Shown: positions 61,414 to 64,000 of the stretch, in pieces
How positions within the stretch are numbered: the stretch's first letter is position 1
Layout: each line of letters starts with the position of its first letter
From: Promethearchaeota archaeon
GTDB taxonomy: Archaea > Asgardarchaeota > Lokiarchaeia > Sigyniarchaeales > SOKP01
DNA: 64,000 nt
NCBI GenBank assembly: GCA_019057795.1
Contig: JAHLWS010000030.1
Span: forward strand, 1-64,000
Reading direction: 5' to 3'
Position numbers and translations under genes: made by a program
The notes under the pieces: generated by a model
Told to the model about the DNA's origin: nothing
The model's database searches: none
Seen by the model: the letters and a program-made list of their open reading frames with translations, nothing else

Positions 61414-61440
61414 ATTTTTTCACCTCACTATTTAAAAATT

Positions 61441-62214
61441 TTAAGAATTTATAAAAAACCTTATATTTTTCAAGTCATCTTCAATATATTTTTTATAATT
61501 TCGAGGAGTTTCGAAAGTTAAATTTACAACAGATCCAAATTTGAATAAAATTTTCTTTATTTTTGACAAGGGATATTTCGATTTATCTAGTGAAAGATGC
61601 TCATCAGTCTCAATGTTTAAATTTCCTCCAGAAATATGAAAAATAATTGGTTTCTTAAATGTAAGAAAATTTTTTATAAAATTTAGATACTCAACATTAA
61701 GAGAAATTGCAGCTTTAATAGCATGATTTATGTCAAAACAAAATTCTAATTCATTAATACATTTAAAGTAATTTCTTAAATTCCTAACATCATATCCCAA
61801 TAAATCTCCACCTAAAAGAGATTTCAACGGCATATTTTCAATTGCTAAAGGTTTTAGATTTAATTGTTTAATATTTGAAATTGATAAGTTAACATCTCCA
61901 GATTCGGGGTGAATAATATAACATATTGGCTTTAACTTAATTATTACATTCTCAAATTGATTTATTTTTTGTATAAATCTTAAATTATTGTTTTGCCAAT
62001 TGATATTCCCAAAATCTATCCTATTATTGGAATTAGGAAGATGTATCACATATGGTATTTTTAAGTTTTTAATGGAGTTTAAGTCTTCTTCGTTAAAATC
62101 GGGTAAAAGTATAATTTCTATAAAATCTATAAGATCACGATTAGCGTATATTTCATCTAGAAAATTAAAATTTCTAATGGAAATTTTAATCCCTAAATTA
62201 ATATTTTTATACAT
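61441..62214 (-). CDS. Endonuclease IV / xylose-isomerase-like TIM-barrel metalloenzyme
   Basis: IHLP, IHPE, IENMP, FDINH, FHISG, DEH, FETP. Confidence 0.75.
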   Translation of the reverse strand: MYKNINLGIKISIRNFNFLDEIYANRDLIDFIEIILLPDFNEEDLNSIKNLKIPYVIHLPNSNNRIDFGNINWQNNNLRFIQKINQFENVIIKLKPICYIIHPESGDVNLSISNIKQLNLKPLAIENMPLKSLLGGDLLGYDVRNLRNYFKCINELEFCFDINHAIKAAISLNVEYLNFIKNFLTFKKPIIFHISGGNLNIETDEHLSLDKSKYPLSKIKKILFKFGSVVNLTFETPRNYKKYIEDDLKNIRFFINS

Positions 62215-62217
62215 ATC

Positions 62218-63276
62218 CTAAATCAAATCCCATGTAATTATTTCATCTTCATCAATTTCTTTTTTAGCAGTTCTTCCGATAATTATTTTTAAAAATTTTG
62301 GAGCAATCCCATATCCTGGTCTTTTTATTATAATATCAGATATTTCAATTATTTTCCCTTTTGGGATTCTTTTTCTTGCGATTATGCTTCTCCTCGCTAG
62401 TTTATACAAATTTTCCTCTGATTTTGGCATATATTTTACGAGACTTCCTAAACTTGCTTCAGTTTCCCGAATATTTTTTATCATATGTTTTAATTCTTCT
62501 GGTTCTAAAGCAAATTTGTGATCTGGTCCTTTTAAATTTCTATTAATAGTAAAATGTTTTTCAATGATTGATGCTCCTAGTGCGACACATACAGCTGGAA
62601 TAGTAATACTCATCGTATGATCAGAATAACCAACAGGTACTTGGAAGGCAGTTTTTAAAGTTTTTATTGCTCTTAAATTTAGATCTTCAAAGGGAGGTGG
62701 ATAATTAATAGCACAGTGTAATAAAGCGATTGGAACATCCCCAATTTCTCTAATTGCGTTAATTGCATCTTCAATATCGCCTAAACTTGCCATACCTGTA
62801 GATAATATTATTGGTTTTCTTGTTTTAGCAATTTCTCTTAAAAAAGGTAAATCTACAATTTCAAATGAGGCAATTTTATATGCTGGTATATTTAATTCTT
62901 CTAATTCTTCTACTGCTTTATAATCATAAGGTGTAGATAAGAATATTAGATTATGAGATTTTGAATAATCCGCAAGCTCAGCTTGCCATTCTCTAGGAAT
63001 TTCAATATCTTTAATCAATTGCCATATAGATTTTTGTTTCAATTTTCCTTCGAGATAATCAGGATTAGGAGTCTTTTTTGAATATAAGGTTTCTGCGGAA
63101 TAAGTCTGAAATTTTATTGCATCAGCCTCGGCTTCTGCTGCAATTTCAATAAGTTTCTTAGCTTGATTTAAATCTCGATTATGATTCGAACCAGCTTCAG
63201 CAATTACAAAAACGGGGGCATTTTCCCCTACTTTTCGATTTCCTATTAAAAAAAACTTCATTTGATTTTCCCTCAC
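62218..63276 (-). CDS. neuB: Nonulosonic acid synthase (NeuB/PseI/SpsE family) with SAF domain
   Basis: IAEAGSNHN, IKFQTY, KIASFE, LSTGM, GYSDHT, IEKHFT, GPDH. Confidence 0.93.
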   Translation of the reverse strand: MRENQMKFFLIGNRKVGENAPVFVIAEAGSNHNRDLNQAKKLIEIAAEAEADAIKFQTYSAETLYSKKTPNPDYLEGKLKQKSIWQLIKDIEIPREWQAELADYSKSHNLIFLSTPYDYKAVEELEELNIPAYKIASFEIVDLPFLREIAKTRKPIILSTGMASLGDIEDAINAIREIGDVPIALLHCAINYPPPFEDLNLRAIKTLKTAFQVPVGYSDHTMSITIPAVCVALGASIIEKHFTINRNLKGPDHKFALEPEELKHMIKNIRETEASLGSLVKYMPKSEENLYKLARRSIIARKRIPKGKIIEISDIIIKRPGYGIAPKFLKIIIGRTAKKEIDEDEIITWDLI

Positions 63277-63321
63277 AATTAAAAATAATTTTTGAAATTA
63301 AAATTTAAGTTCATCGTTTTG

Positions 63322-63999
63322 CTAATTTTTTAATAAAAATTTTTTATCTTCTTTTAATGATTTTAAATAACCTTCATTTCGTTCATATTGAGCATTAATT
63401 TTTAATAAATCTGGATTTTCTTTTAAAAAAATCAATATATCTTCCATGTTAAAATCATTCCACCTGTTGTGAAATTGTTCAATCAATTTTGAAATCAAAA
63501 TAAAATCTTCTGGTGTATCAACTGTTAAACGAAATTTTGAAAGATCTTCTTTGTTTTCATAATTTTTTAACATAAATCTATTAGAATTTTTCCATATATA
63601 TGGAGTGACATGTTCTCTTTCAGATAAAAATTTAGCTTCTTTCCATGCAGTTTCTAGAACCTTAAAGGAAAAAATTTCTACATCAAATCCATCGGGGTAA
63701 GTTGGAGGATGAACATTTGTTACATAATCATAATTTCCATTTAAAAATATATCTAATCCTCGATCAATAATTGCTGGATCTATTAGTGGACAATCACTGG
63801 TGATTCTAACGATGATTTCTCCTTTAAAATATTTGCTGGTTTGATAAAACCGGTCAAGAACATCATCTTCGCTTCCAGCAAAATAATCTAAATTCAGGTT
63901 TTTGGCAAAATGTATTATTGGTTGATTAGATTTAGAAGTAGCGGTTGCAATTATCAATTTATTCGGCGTCTTGACTAGTTGTAATCTTTTTATAACATA
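63322..63999 (-). CDS. spsF: SpsF-like cytidylyltransferase family protein; 5' part lies outside the window
   Basis: GSEDDVLDRF, RITSDCPLIDP, YPDGFDVE, REHVTPYI, RLTVDTPED; frame open to the window edge. Confidence 0.85.
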   Translation of the reverse strand, partial: YVIKRLQLVKTPNKLIIATATSKSNQPIIHFAKNLNLDYFAGSEDDVLDRFYQTSKYFKGEIIVRITSDCPLIDPAIIDRGLDIFLNGNYDYVTNVHPPTYPDGFDVEIFSFKVLETAWKEAKFLSEREHVTPYIWKNSNRFMLKNYENKEDLSKFRLTVDTPEDFILISKLIEQFHNRWNDFNMEDILIFLKENPDLLKINAQYERNEGYLKSLKEDKKFLLKN

Positions 64000-64000
64000 C

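Noticed and set aside
61441-62214. Annotation as DNA-repair endonuclease IV (nfo)
   Set aside because: Only the metal ligands are recognisable and the gene is embedded in a nonulosonate operon, so the symbol was withheld
9743-62546. Other short antisense or alternate-frame ORFs in the track (e.g. 12893..13165, 26309..26689, 53251..53514, 55762..56100, 60974..61315)
   Set aside because: They overlap real genes; 60974..61315 is the antisense shadow of the PseH-like GNAT
1-64000. CRISPR arrays, tRNA/rRNA genes, integrase or prophage, reverse transcriptase/DGR
   Set aside because: None seen; the 315-bp shared block shows no adenine-specific variation and there is no RT gene

Overview
AT-rich archaeal DNA, most likely an Asgard (Lokiarchaeia-like) genome. 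This is inferred from the archaeal-type IleRS, a multi-UEV/RING protein, frequent TTG/GTG starts and a NosD-type surface protein. The first ~9 kb holds the 3' end of an IS200/IS605 element (tnpB plus right-end hairpin) whose terminus supplies the stop codon of ileS. It also holds a 4xUEV + RING protein with a FANCL/BRE-like layout, a TauE/SafE permease with a small upstream membrane ORF, and an AbiEi/AbiEii module with a degenerate toxin motif. From ~9.4 kb to the end is a ~55 kb mosaic surface-glycan island: wecB, a flippase, GT2/GT4 enzymes, a heparinase II/III + bi-domain oxidoreductase module, wbpE/wbpB with truncated wbpD, dTDP-rhamnose genes, several SAM methyltransferases, an ABC-2 pair, two paralogous GT-C-like membrane proteins and a NosD surface protein. 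It ends in a pseudaminic-acid-like nonulosonate module with two B12-radical SAM enzymes, a FemAB-like protein and an endonuclease-IV-like TIM barrel where PseG would be expected. About nine gene remnants point to cassette turnover. All family calls come from motif recognition by eye; no searches were run.
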